A stretch of DNA of 64,000 nucleotides, taken from contig OZ249436.1 of assembly GCA_965235115.1 (NCBI GenBank), positions 53,632,001-53,696,000 of the forward strand, read 5' to 3'. Every line of letters starts with the position of its first letter. Position 1 is the first letter of the stretch. The stretch is from Laetmonice hystrix (taxonomy: Eukaryota). The notes beneath the pieces are model-generated. The model was not told the DNA's origin and searched no databases. It saw nothing but the letters and a program-made list of their open reading frames with translations. Shown here piece after piece: positions 52,301 to 64,000 of this stretch. Position numbers and translations under genes: made by a program.

Positions 52301-55300
52301 ACACATGAAAGGAGTCTTTTTACTGCAAAACGTCGGTGTTACTATGTTTCAGAGAAACTATAAAATCTTAATCCCTAGCAATGTTTCACATTACTTTTCA
52401 TTATCAAAGGGTGTCTGACATATTATCCAGCAAACAATGAATCAATAAATATGCTTCATCCGAAAACTGCTATGAATTTCTGGCCTGTAGCCAGCTTCTG
52501 ATGGCAATCGGTGTTCCGATTGCTCATGATGGGTGGGGCCACATTTGGAAATTGTGGACCTTTTTCAAAAACCCATAAATCAGGACAAATCCTGCATGAA
52601 TATTATCTACGACATAAATATTGCCTAACGTCTGGGCAAGTTCATTTTCAGGACCAAAATTCTATAATTGGAAACGTTCCTTATGGACCTTTACTTCGCA
52701 AAAATTATTTCGTAACAGGGGAGGGAGTTGTGTTGATGAAGGCTTTATATCGCCAACGGCGGAACTGACATTCAAAGACGGTCCTCAGTTGTTCATCGAA
52801 ACATAAATTTACACTTCACATGACAGTGTTTTCGTTGGCCGTGTGCGCCGACCGTAAGCTAAACGTCACACTCGGCTGCATGACTTCGTCATGTCTCGGC
52901 TGTATACGACGGATTTTGATTGTGATTTCCTTGCTATTCGGAATGTACTTGATGAGACCCGTTCCCAAAAATAGATTTTGGTGCGGCGGAGTGAACCTTT
53001 GTTTCCAGTTCAAAGCCAGTCAAGCAAGGGGAACAGTTGCCATGCATAGGCGGCGGCCGACAGGGGGTGTTCTGGCACTTTGTTTTGGTGAAGGATCGAT
53101 TAGCTGTAGATAAAAGGCTGATATCAAAGATTTATTGTTAGGCAGAGAGGGATCACCTTTGCCGTACCAGTCGTATCTTGACAAACTGAAGTGTGTTCTT
53201 CGGGTTGGAAGGCATGGATTTGGCGCAGACAGTTCGGGGAAGCGGCCAGGTTTTTTGGGGGGCAACCTTTATGTCACTCTATCATTTCGAAAGATAACAA
53301 GGGTTTCTGCTCTGTCACATTGTATTTGACAGACACTCGACTTGGACAGAAAAGATAAGGCATGGCTGAACATTTATAGCTGTTGCCGTGTTCATGACTG
53401 CTCAATTTCATCAGGCCTTGTTCCGTAAATATGTTATTTCGTTCTCTTGAAATGATTTTGAGGTAAAGAATTATGTTATTTAATTCCCACGAAAGGACAA
53501 TCCTTACCATAATCTGGACAAATTAAAGTAATTGTCTCACGAATTTCAAGTCATACGCATGTATGCATTGGGGGTCTCCAATCTGATCCAAATCTCCACT
53601 ACCTTTCGATGTGAACTTTGCGGGTATTATGTATGAAAATCATTCAGTGTCATAAAGTACGTCAGTGGTGAGGAGGTGAGCATAAATCTGAAGATTCCGG
53701 TCTATCCGGCGGGTGAGCCGCTCCCTTTAACATGAATTCATCAGTCGTGCTCCGTCGACCTATTGTCGCGCATTTGAACTGGGACAAGGAACAGACGGGG
53801 GAATTCCCTGGTGTCAGGTGACCCGCACACGCCAGTTGAGGTTCTCAGCCTTTGATACTTTTCATAGCTGTAACCGACAATGACGATCATTCCTAATACA
53901 TATTGAATGGGTAACAACTAAACTGTTCACTCTGATGCCATGTTCAATCAGAAAATAGCCCGTCCAGACCAAACGTCCAAGTATTTGTCTGAAAGGACCG
54001 TAGCAAGCCCGCATTGTCAGTGGTTCGCCGCCACTCCCGTAAATGTATCCAGCGCTTAAATGCGTCAACGACAAAAAAATTCTAGGCTGAGATCTACTAA
54101 TATTGCGTTCACGTTTCCGGCCGAAGCTGTGGCAGTGGATGAGTGACGTCCCATACGTGGTATGTTGGCTGTTGTGATAGGCCTTGTATACTCGGCCTAT
54201 AGCCAAGGCTATGCCCATGCATGAGAGATTTTGAAACTGTCGCGGAATGAGAGGCTATAGCGCACATAGCCAATCATTTCAAATGAAGTTTTGCCTTTAC
54301 CTTCAGCCATTGAGTGCAATGAATTTAGCTACAAAGCAGATTCAGGTAATTTTTCAAACGAAGCGGGCACTTCGACATCGCCACGGCCGGCGGCCATTTT
54401 AAATAAACCGCGACTGGGGTCAACGTCACGAAGGGAGCAGTTCGTATCTAAGAAGGGGGCCTGGATCTCGGGCAATAATGGAGGAATCAAGCGTGGCTGG
54501 TAGACTTGACGTGTGCGTAAATTGCAAGAAGAGGTGGATACCCCAAAAAAACAATCCCTCTGCTCAGGTTTCAAAACCTGTGGAATAGCGTACTTTGCAG
54601 TTACCTGCTGTAGGCGCTCCATCTTGCCATCCGACCGTGCTTGCATGGCTGCTTGTGTGCCTTCAGTGCGCATGCCCTTCGCATGCGCATTAGGACAAAC
54701 AACATAGCGGGCAACGGAAATCAAACTGCTCGGTTCACATTTTCAAACGTATGATTTACTAAATATATGGGATAAAAACCAAGAAAAAGTGAACAGTGGA
54801 CCGGTTTGATGAGAAGGAATGCAGCAATTCGATCAAACGGCATGATTCACGACGAATTGTACACAGCGGTGAGTTCGCATTGGAGGTATAGTTTTAACGA
54901 TCCGCGATGTCAGTCCCCGTTTGCGGGCAACTGGGACGACACTCAGTCAACGGCAAGTAATGCAGACGAATGTCTGTTTACATTACAAGCACAATCCCTC
55001 CCCCCTTCTGCGTAGGGGGAGAGCGTGAGAATGCACAAGATAATGGGCCTATGCTGACGTCACGGTCGGGTTGTAAACGCTGGGACTTTCGGCGAGCGGC
55101 CTGTAATTCGCGAGGCAAAAGAGTCCTAAGTTGCCACCCAAAAATCTCAGGTATCAGGTCAGTTCCTTGTTAAATAATTTCAAATGATGTAGTTGGGGTC
55201 AGATAGAAACAGTTTGTGATTCCCGAAGTGAGTGTAAAATATTGTAGGGCATACACACGGAATGCTTGCTTTGATTTTACTGTCAAAAGTCTGGGCTTCC

Positions 55301-55350
55301 TAATAGACTGCATTCATTATGACGTCATAGCATAGAATTATGGGATAGAT

Positions 55351-55479
55351 CACAGGAGTCTGACACATGGTAGCGCTGCTGTGTTGTTATACTATTAATA
55401 ACACCTTTATGTTAACTATTATGTAACTATTATACTACTAACTATATCGCCCGCCCGCCCAATGTGTCAGACTCCTGTG
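55351..55479. mobile_element. 129-bp CA..TG MITE with 7-bp TSD (second copy 60027-60155)
   Basis: 18-bp perfect TIR CACAGGAGTCTGACACAT; GATAGAT duplicated at 55344-55350 and 55480-55486. Confidence 0.8.
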
Positions 55480-56116
55480 GATAGATTGAGGGATGCCCTG
55501 AACCGGGAGCCACCCACGTTGGTTTGTTTATGAATAAGGCTCACCAAATCCCTCCGGTTTTTTTATATTTTTCCGAATCGCTCAACACCGTAGGGCCTAT
55601 GTGTGTAGGGGTTTAATTCTCCCAAACTAGAGAGCAGTCGTGCTGTGATTGGTCATGGCACTGTGACGTCAAATTAGCAGACGCTATGGCGGCATCCACC
55701 CGCTGAGCAGGTTCCGGCACCACCTTTTGTAAAAATATGCTGGTCTGCAACTGGACTATATCTTAAGTATTTGAGCACCAAATGTGTTTAAATCTTTTCT
55801 AACTTTCTTAAAATTTCACGGCCTGTGTGCCTGACCTGTACAAACTAGGGCCAGCATTTTCTTTTAAGTTTAAGTTAGTGAGCGAAAAAAACTGAGACGG
55901 ATGGTCAAATCTGTTGACTGCCTTCTCCCAGAGATCACGAAATCAATTGGCTACAGATTTTCTATCTTCCTCAACGCAAGTTGATGTTGCTGGGAAATGA
56001 GATTAATGTGAACGAATCTCTAGTCTCCACGAGCTCCCTCTTCGAGTATTGCAAGGCGCCTTCATTGCATTATTATTCTCAGTGATCAAATCTAGAACTG
56101 CTGTGTTTCCAATGGG

Positions 56117-56374
56117 GTGGGTGGGTATTTGGGGTTTTACGCCTTGCAACAGCCAGGGTCATATCACGGCGGTGAAGATGAGATGAAAGTCAGTTTTTCT
56201 TGGTGGAGGAAACCGGAGTACCCGGAGAAAACCACCGACCTTCGGGAAGGAACTGACTGACAAACCTTTCACACATGCAGCCCAGGCCGGGAATCGAACC
56301 CGGGTCGCAGCGGTGTGAGGCGATGGTCCTAGGTGTCATGATGGAGCCGACACCTTAGACCACTCGGCCACCCG
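56117..56374 (-). mobile_element. tRNA-derived SINE with V-type central domain
   Basis: Minus strand: A-box TGGCCGAGTGG, B-box GGTTCGATTCC, core GGTTTTCTCCGGGTACTCCGGTTTCCTCCACC, (ACCC)n tail; 12-bp TSD GTTTCCAATGGG at 56105-56116 and 56375-56386. Confidence 0.9.
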
Positions 56375-57561
56375 GTTTCCAATGGGTATGTTACCAGTGG
56401 CTGGCGCGTGCCGTGTTGTATCCATCCTGAAAATGGGATGATGTGTGGTTAAAGGAATGCTTTTCTCGAGCTAAATCATATTTAGAATTGAAGAAGGCAT
56501 AATTCTACAACCCATGTTATTTTTTTAACATCAAACAGTTTATATTATATTGTCAAAAAGAACTTTAATGCAGATTCATAGTCGCCGCCATTGGCGCACC
56601 GCGCGCCCTCTTGCGGCAATAATAGCAATTACTTGGCTACATCTTTGACTACGTCACGAAGGGACTCACTCAGCCCTGGATATGCCTCGGCCCTCGTTAA
56701 ACAAGTGTTGACAAGTAGGCGGTCTGCTCATGTAGCGACCTGATAGTTTAAATAGGGACCTGTTAAATAAGTTTCGGCAATGATATCTAGTTCTATAGTG
56801 TATTTATTTTAATAGTGGCCCACAAAAGTGAGAGGGGTTCGTCAGAACCCTCGGAACCCCCGCCCCCTCCCCCGGCTACATCCATCATCCATAGACATAG
56901 CCATAGCCATAGCCATAGCATTAGCCTAAGCCAAGGAAGTAGGTCGAAAATATGCCCTAGCCGGTTTCCAAGATAATATAAGCTATGGAGGTAGGCCCTA
57001 CACGTATGTAGGGCCGCATCTAGAAATTTCTGAGGGGGGGGGGGGGGCAGCAGTAGCAGTAGGCTACTACTAGTAGGCCCTGCCTAAGGCTAAGCCCCCC
57101 CCCCCCCCCCCCGGCTGACTCCAGCCAGTCCAGGCTGAGGGTTATCATTTTGCAGTGTGTCTATGTCAGACTACGGCGCACCTAGCTAGGTCAAGCCCCC
57201 CCCCCCTTGCAAAATTATTTTTTATGCAAAATCCTGGATCACCCCCCCCCCCCCCCCAATGGCCTTAGACTAAGTATGGGTGTCTGTCCTCGGCTCACTC
57301 AGTGCCTGAGCCCGGCGTGCAGCTTGGCGACGGAGTTGGCGGGGGCGGCTTGCTACAGTAGGCCTGCTACAGGCCGGTCACGCCCACGCCGGCCACGGGT
57401 TGTCTTGGAAAACCGGTCTTTGGTAAATACTCCCCCACCCCTCAGAATTTTCAAAGTGTAAATTGGTGGTATATTGGGCCGTTTGCCTCCTCCTTCAGCC
57501 AATTTACTAATCACTGCACTGCACTGGTGACTGGACAGTAGAAATACTAGAATGAGATTAG

Positions 57562-57985
57562 GGCCCGGTTTCTCGAAACATCTCAAGGATTTTTGAGAAC
57601 GTATGCTCAACTGGCGTGCTCAATGGCGTACTCAGCGGTTCTTAGCCGTTTCTCCAAGCATCTCAGGCTTGAGAACCCGTTCTCAACTCTAGACAATGCA
57701 AGATTCTATTACGTCACTGATGACAATGAACGACGTCACTGACGACAATGAACGACGTCACTGGTGACAATAGATTACGTCACAATAACAATAAGTGTGT
57801 CAAGTTGTTTGAGCGATTGTCTGCTGGCGCGTATTTTTATACACGACTTGCAAATGTTCCTGCCGACTTTTGCGGTCGTTTTTTCACATTATTATTTCAC
57901 AAAGACACTCATGAAGGGCAAAGTTGGGAAAGGAAGGAAGAGGGCTGCTAACTGGAGTGTGGAAGATGAGTTAATTTTAATTTTA
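57562..57985 (+). mobile_element. One-ended Harbinger-like fragment with the start of a Myb/SANT-like ORF (second copy about 62237-62657)
   Basis: End GGCCCGGTTTCTCGAAA; MKGKVGKGRKRAANWSVEDELILI (57911-57985) resembles the R..NWS..E...L start of Harbinger Myb/SANT proteins. Confidence 0.6.
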
Positions 57986-60792
57986 GACAGTAGAAATACT
58001 AGAATGAGATTAGATCTACGGGGCCTAGACTAGTCACTAGACTGCACTCTCGACTCTAGTCACAGCAGAAACGGAGTCTAGGCCTAATCAGTTAGGTAGA
58101 AGTTTAAGACTGACAAGTTTAGTTAGTCACAGAAAAAAATCGAGACATTCACACTATGCGGGTGGATCGCTGTTGGAACAAATCCACTTTACTTTAGCTT
58201 AGCCTTAGCTTAGCCTTAGGCCTACCTCGACGCATGTATTGTTGTGCACCCACCTCTTCAGAATTATACACAGCCTACAGGTTTTATTTTAGAGGGGAAA
58301 TCATGAAAGCTCCTTTGTTGATCCAAATTCTTAATCCAGTTTCGGTTGTTACAACCCCACTGCCGCACAAAGTCCTGGAATACTCCTTGTTGTGGGCCAA
58401 ACTCGCGGTAAGTTTAGCTAGTCTACGCCTTCAGTCTACGCTGTAGGCCTAGGCCTACCAAAGTTGTTGTCCAGGGGAATTCCCTGGTGTCAGGTGACCC
58501 GCACACGCCAGTTGAGGTTCTCAGCCTTTGATACTTTTCATAGCTGTAACCGACAATGACGATCATTCCTAATACATATTGAATGGGTAACAACTAAACT
58601 GTTCACTCTGATGCCATGTTTAATCAGAAAATAGCCCGTCCAGACCAAACGTCCAAGTATTTGTCTGAAAGGACCGTAGCAAGCCCGCATTGTCAGTGGT
58701 TCGCCGCCACTCCCGTAAATGTATCCAGCGCTTAAATGCGTCAACGACAAAAAAATTCTAGGCTGAGATCTACTAATATTGCGTTCACGTTTCCGGCCGA
58801 AGCTGTGGCAGTGGATGAGTGACGTCCCATACGTGGTATGTTGGCTGTTGTGATAGGCCTTGTATACTCGGCCTATAGCCAAGGCTATGCCCATGCATGA
58901 GAGATTTTGAAACTGTCGCGGAATGAGAGGCTATAGCGCACATAGCCAATCATTTCAAATGAAGTTTTGCCTTTACCTTCAGCCATTGAGTGCAATGAAT
59001 TTAGCTACAAAGCAGATTCAGGTAATTTTTCAAACGAAGCGGGCACTTCGACATCGCCACGGCCGGCGGCCATTTTAAATAAACCGCGACTGGGGTCAAC
59101 GTCACGAAGGGAGCAGTTCGTATCTAAGAAGGGGGCCTGGATCTCGGGCAATAATGGAGGAATCAAGCGTGGCTGGTAGACTTGACGTGTGCGTAAATTG
59201 CAAGAAGAGGTGGATACCCCAAAAAAACAATCCCTCTGCTCAGGTTTCAAAACCTGTGGAATAGCGTACTTTGCAGTTACCTGCTGTAGGCGCTCCATCT
59301 TGCCATCCGACCGTGCTTGCATGGCTGCTTGTGTGCCTTCAGTGCGCATGCCCTTCGCATGCGCATTAGGACAAACAACATAGCGGGCAACGGAAATCAA
59401 ACTGCTCGGTTCACATTTTCAAACGTATGATTTACTAAATATATGGGATAAAAACCAAGAAAAAGTGAACAGTGGACCGGTTTGATGAGAAGGAATGCAG
59501 CAATTCGATCAAACGGCATGATTCACGACGAATTGTACACAGCGGTGAGTTCGCATTGGAGGTATAGTTTTAACGATCCGCGATGTCAGTCCCCGTTTGC
59601 GGGCAACTGGGACGACACTCAGTCAACGGCAAGTAATGCAGACGAATGTCTGTTTACATTACAAGCACAATCCCTCCCCCCTTCTGCGTAGGGGGAGAGC
59701 GTGAGAATGCACAAGATAATGGGCCTATGCTGACGTCACGGTCGGGTTGTAAACGCTGGGACTTTCGGCGAGCGGCCTGTAATTCGCGAGGCAAAAGAGT
59801 CCTAAGTTGCCACCCAAAAATCTCAGGTATCAGGTCAGTTCCTTGTTAAATAATTTCAAATGATGTAGTTGGGGTCAGATAGAAACAGTTTGTGATTCCC
59901 GAAGTGAGTGTAAAATATTGTAGGGCATACACACGGAATGCTTGCTTTGATTTTACTGTCAAAAGTCTGGGCTTCCTAATAGACTGCATTCATTATGACG
60001 TCATAGCATAGAATTATGGGATAGATCACAGGAGTCTGACACATGGTAGCGCTGCTGTGTTGTTATACTATTAATAACACCTTTATGTTAACTATTATGT
60101 AACTATTATACTACTAACTATATCGCCCGCCCGCCCAATGTGTCAGACTCCTGTGGATAGATTGAGGGATGCCCTGAACCGGGAGCCACCCACGTTGGTT
60201 TGTTTATGAATAAGGCTCACCAAATCCCTCCGGTTTTTTTATATTTTTCCGAATCGCTCAACACCGTAGGGCCTATGTGTGTAGGGGTTTAATTCTCCCA
60301 AACTAGAGAGCAGTCGTGCTGTGATTGGTCATGGCACTGTGACGTCAAATTAGCAGACGCTATGGCGGCATCCACCCGCTGAGCAGGTTCCGGCACCACC
60401 TTTTGTAAAAATATGCTGGTCTGCAACTGGACTATATCTTAAGTATTTGAGCACCAAATGTGTTTAAATCTTTTCTAACTTTCTTAAAATTTCACGGCCT
60501 GTGTGCCTGACCTGTACAAACTAGGGCCAGCATTTTCTTTTAAGTTTAAGTTAGTGAGCGAAAAAAACTGAGACGGATGGTCAAATCTGTTGACTGCCTT
60601 CTCCCAGAGATCACGAAATCAATTGGCTACAGATTTTCTATCTTCCTCAACGCAAGTTGATGTTGCTGGGAAATGAGATTAATGTGAACGAATCTCTAGT
60701 CTCCACGAGCTCCCTCTTCGAGTATTGCAAGGCGCCTTCATTGCATTATTATTCTCAGTGATCAAATCTAGAACTGCTGTGTTTCCAATGGG

Positions 60793-61050
60793 GTGGGTGG
60801 GTATTTGGGGTTTTACGCCTTGCAACAGCCAGGGTCATATCACGGCGGTGAAGATGAGATGAAAGTCAGTTTTTCTTGGTGGAGGAAACCGGAGTACCCG
60901 GAGAAAACCACCGACCTTCGGGAAGGAACTGACTGACAAACCTTTCACACATGCAGCCCAGGCCGGGAATCGAACCCGGGTCGCAGCGGTGTGAGGCGAT
61001 GGTCCTAGGTGTCATGATGGAGCCGACACCTTAGACCACTCGGCCACCCG
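60793..61050 (-). mobile_element. tRNA-derived V-type SINE, duplicate copy
   Basis: Same sequence and TSD (60781-60792 and 61051-61062) as 56117-56374; carried by the tandem duplication. Confidence 0.9.
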
Positions 61051-64000
61051 GTTTCCAATGGGTATGTTACCAGTGGCTGGCGCGTGCCGTGTTGTATCCA
61101 TCCTGAAAATGGGATGATGTGTGGTTAAAGGAATGCTTTTCTCGAGCTAAATCATATTTAGAATTGAAGAAGGCATAATTCTACAACCCATGTTATTTTT
61201 TTAACATCAAACAGTTTATATTATATTGTCAAAAAGAACTTTAATGCAGATTCATAGTCGCCGCCATTGGCGCACCGCGCGCCCTCTTGCGGCAATAATA
61301 GCAATTACTTGGCTACATCTTTGACTACGTCACGAAGGGACTCACTCAGCCCTGGATATGCCTCGGCCCTCGTTAAACAAGTGTTGACAAGTAGGCGGTC
61401 TGCTCATGTAGCGACCTGATAGTTTAAATAGGGACCTGTTAAATAAGTTTCGGCAATGATATCTAGTTCTATAGTGTATTTATTTTAATAGTGGCCCACA
61501 AAAGTGAGAGGGGTTCGTCAGAACCCTCGGAACCCCCGCCCCCTCCCCCGGCTACATCCATCATCCATAGACATAGCCATAGCCATAGCCATAGCATTAG
61601 CCTAAGCCAAGGAAGTAGGTCGAAAATATGCCCTAGCCGGTTTCCAAGATAATATAAGCTATGGAGGTAGGCCCTACACGTATGTAGGGCCGCATCTAGA
61701 AATTTCTGAGGGGGGGGGGGGCAGCAGTAGCAGTAGGCTACTACTAGTAGGCCCTGCCTAAGGCTAAGCCCCCCCCCCCCCCCCCCCGGCTGACTCCAGC
61801 CAGTCCAGGCTGAGGGTTATCATTTTGCAGTGTGTCTATGTCAGACTACGGCGCACCTAGCTAGGTCAAGCCCCCCCCCCTTGCAAAATTATTTTTTATG
61901 CAAAATCCTGGATCACCCCCCCCCCCCCCCCCAATGGCCTTAGACTAAGTATGGGTGTCTGTCCTCGGCTCACTCAGTGCCTGAGCCCGGCGTGCAGCTT
62001 GGCGACGGAGTTGGCGGGGGCGGCTTGCTACAGTAGGCCTGCTACAGGCCGGTCACGCCCACGCCGGCCACGGGTTGTCTTGGAAAACCGGTCTTTGGTA
62101 AATACTCCCCCACCCCTCAGAATTTTCAAAGTGTAAATTGGTGGTATATTGGGCCGTTTGCCTCCTCCTTCAGCCAATTTACTAATCACTGCACTGCACT
62201 GGTGACTGGACAGTAGAAATACTAGAATGAGATTAGGGCCCGGTTTCTCGAAACATCTCAAGGATTTTTGAGAACGTATGCTCAACTGGCGTGCTCAATG
62301 GCGTACTCAGCGGTTCTTAGCCGTTTCTCCAAGCATCTCAGGCTTGAGAACCCGTTCTCAACTCTAGACAATGCAAGATTCTATTACGTCACTGATGACA
62401 ATGAACGACGTCACTGACAATGAACGACGTCACTGGTGACAATAGATTACGTCACAATAACAATAAGTGTGTCAAGTTGTTTGAGCGATTGTCTGCTGGC
62501 GCGTATTTTTATACAAGACTTGCAAATGTTCCTGCCGACTTTTGCGGTCGTTTTTTCACATTATTATTTCACAAAGACACTCATGAAGGGCAAAGTTGGG
62601 AAAGGAAGGAAGAGGGCTGCTAACTGGAGTGTGGAAGATGAGTTAATTTTAATTTTAGACAGTAGAAATACTAGAATGAGATTAGATCTACGGGGCCTAG
62701 ACTAGTCACTAGACTGCACTCTCGACTCTAGTCACAGCAGAAACGGAGTCTAGGCCTAATCAGTTAGGTAGAAGTTTAAGACTGACAAGTTTAGTTAGTC
62801 ACAGAAAAAAATCGAGACATTCACACTATGCGGGTGGATCGCTGTTGGAACAAATCCACTTTACTTTAGCTTAGCCTTAGCTTAGCCTTAGGCCTACCTC
62901 GACGCATGTATTGTTGTGCACCCACCTCTTCAGAATTATACACAGCCTACAGGTTTTATTTTAGAGGGGAAATCATGAAAGCTCCTTTGTTGATCCAAAT
63001 TCTTAATCCAGTTTCGGTTGTTACAACCCCACTGCCGCACAAAGTCCTGGAATACTCCTTGTTGTGGGCCAAACTCGCGGTAAGTTTAGCTAGTCTACGC
63101 CTTCAGTCTACGCTGTAGGCCTAGGCCTACCAAAGTTGTTGTCCCTTCGTGACGTCACTACCAGCATTTTGCCAGGTGGCAGCTATAGTTCTGTAGATTT
63201 CCGCAAGGCGTCAGCATGTGTCCTTTTTGCAAGATGGCGAAAAGACTATCAACTACTAAGTCCCGTTTTTGATTAATAATCATTAATTACAAGGGCAGCC
63301 TAAAAATATGAATATGGTATAGACGGGCTCTAGTACTATCAAGTTAACATCTGATAACTCAAAAAGCAGGAGAAGAGTGTTCCTTTAAACCACTGGCTTT
63401 ACACCGTTTTTGCCGTTGCAACGGTTTCGTAGGCTTTGGAGTTTCCTCCCAGTAACATATGGGCGAATAGAGATATTTTCAAATGGACAAACTTTGTCAA
63501 TTCTCCAAAGGTTCCAAGATAATGTAAACATTAGTAAACGCGCTGGGACTGTTTTATTGATTTCCAGAAAGATTTCGATGCGGTCCATCAGGGTGGACTA
63601 CTTTGCAAATTGACGGTCATTTGCAGGGGCAAAAGGCGGTCATGTGGCTCCACAGCTACACACCTCGCCATTAACGAACTAGAAGATCTAACTCTGCTAG
63701 ATCTGAAAGTGTCCCTTGTGGATCAATACTCGACCCATCATCTGCTGTATTAATGACCTGCCTCCTGTACATTTGCAACTACGTGTAGACGCCCGTCTTG
63801 CCAGAGATGATGATGAAAAGAATGCGACAATACAGAGACTGATACCTGTAATTAAATATGATACAATAATTCAACCTTCATTACCATAAGGTTTCGAAGA
63901 TGGGGGTTCGAACCTCTACTAACACACAGGTGTGCATTCACGTAAGGGTCACGAGACAGAGGTGTGATTTATTCATAAGCCCGCGAGCCCATTTTCATCT

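Larger units (their letters stand above)
53798..63144 (+). repeat. Near-identical 4.67-kb tandem duplication (53798-58472 and 58474-63144)
   Basis: Identical ORF-track entries offset by 4676, falling to 4672; both copies begin GGGGAATTCCCTGGTG and end CAAAGTTGTTGTCC. Confidence 0.98.

Noticed and set aside
56280..56374. tRNA gene
   Set aside because: A and B boxes are present, but they are followed by a SINE core, tail and TSD, and I could not form a full cloverleaf; it is a SINE head.
53781..63145. GGGACAA..TTGTCCC as TIRs enclosing the duplication
   Set aside because: Only 7 bp, no TSD, and offset from the duplication start; compatible with chance.

Overview
Eukaryotic (metazoan invertebrate) genomic DNA, intron-rich and transposon-rich; no prokaryotic features. 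Genes assembled by hand from splice sites: (1) the last coding exon and long 3' UTR of an unidentified + strand gene (190-351); (2) a complete 11-exon C17orf75/Njmu-R1 orthologue on the - strand (14631..6492, 423 aa) whose 4th intron is a minor-spliceosome (U12) AT-AC intron; (3) a complete 13-exon MEIOB on the + strand (18846..30800, 473 aa), divergent from C17orf75, with a tandem CTCF-like motif pair in between; (4) an orphan low-complexity ORF (34726..35904) with RVxF and SILK PP1-docking-like motifs. From about 36 kb onward the window is mostly nested DNA-transposon remains. The most unusual object is a 4042-bp Mutator-like element (43282..47323) with a 9-bp TSD and about 70-bp TIRs. Its palindromic TIR motif is amplified into two opposed 50-bp minisatellite arrays that fold back around a PHD-finger exon. 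Other items: 25-129 bp CA..TG palindromic micro-insertions with 7-bp TSDs, TTAA (Kolobok-like), hAT-like and Tc1/mariner-like MITEs, Harbinger remnants, a V-domain tRNA SINE, and a near-identical 4.67-kb tandem duplication (53798..63144). All family assignments come from my recall of family features, not from database searches.
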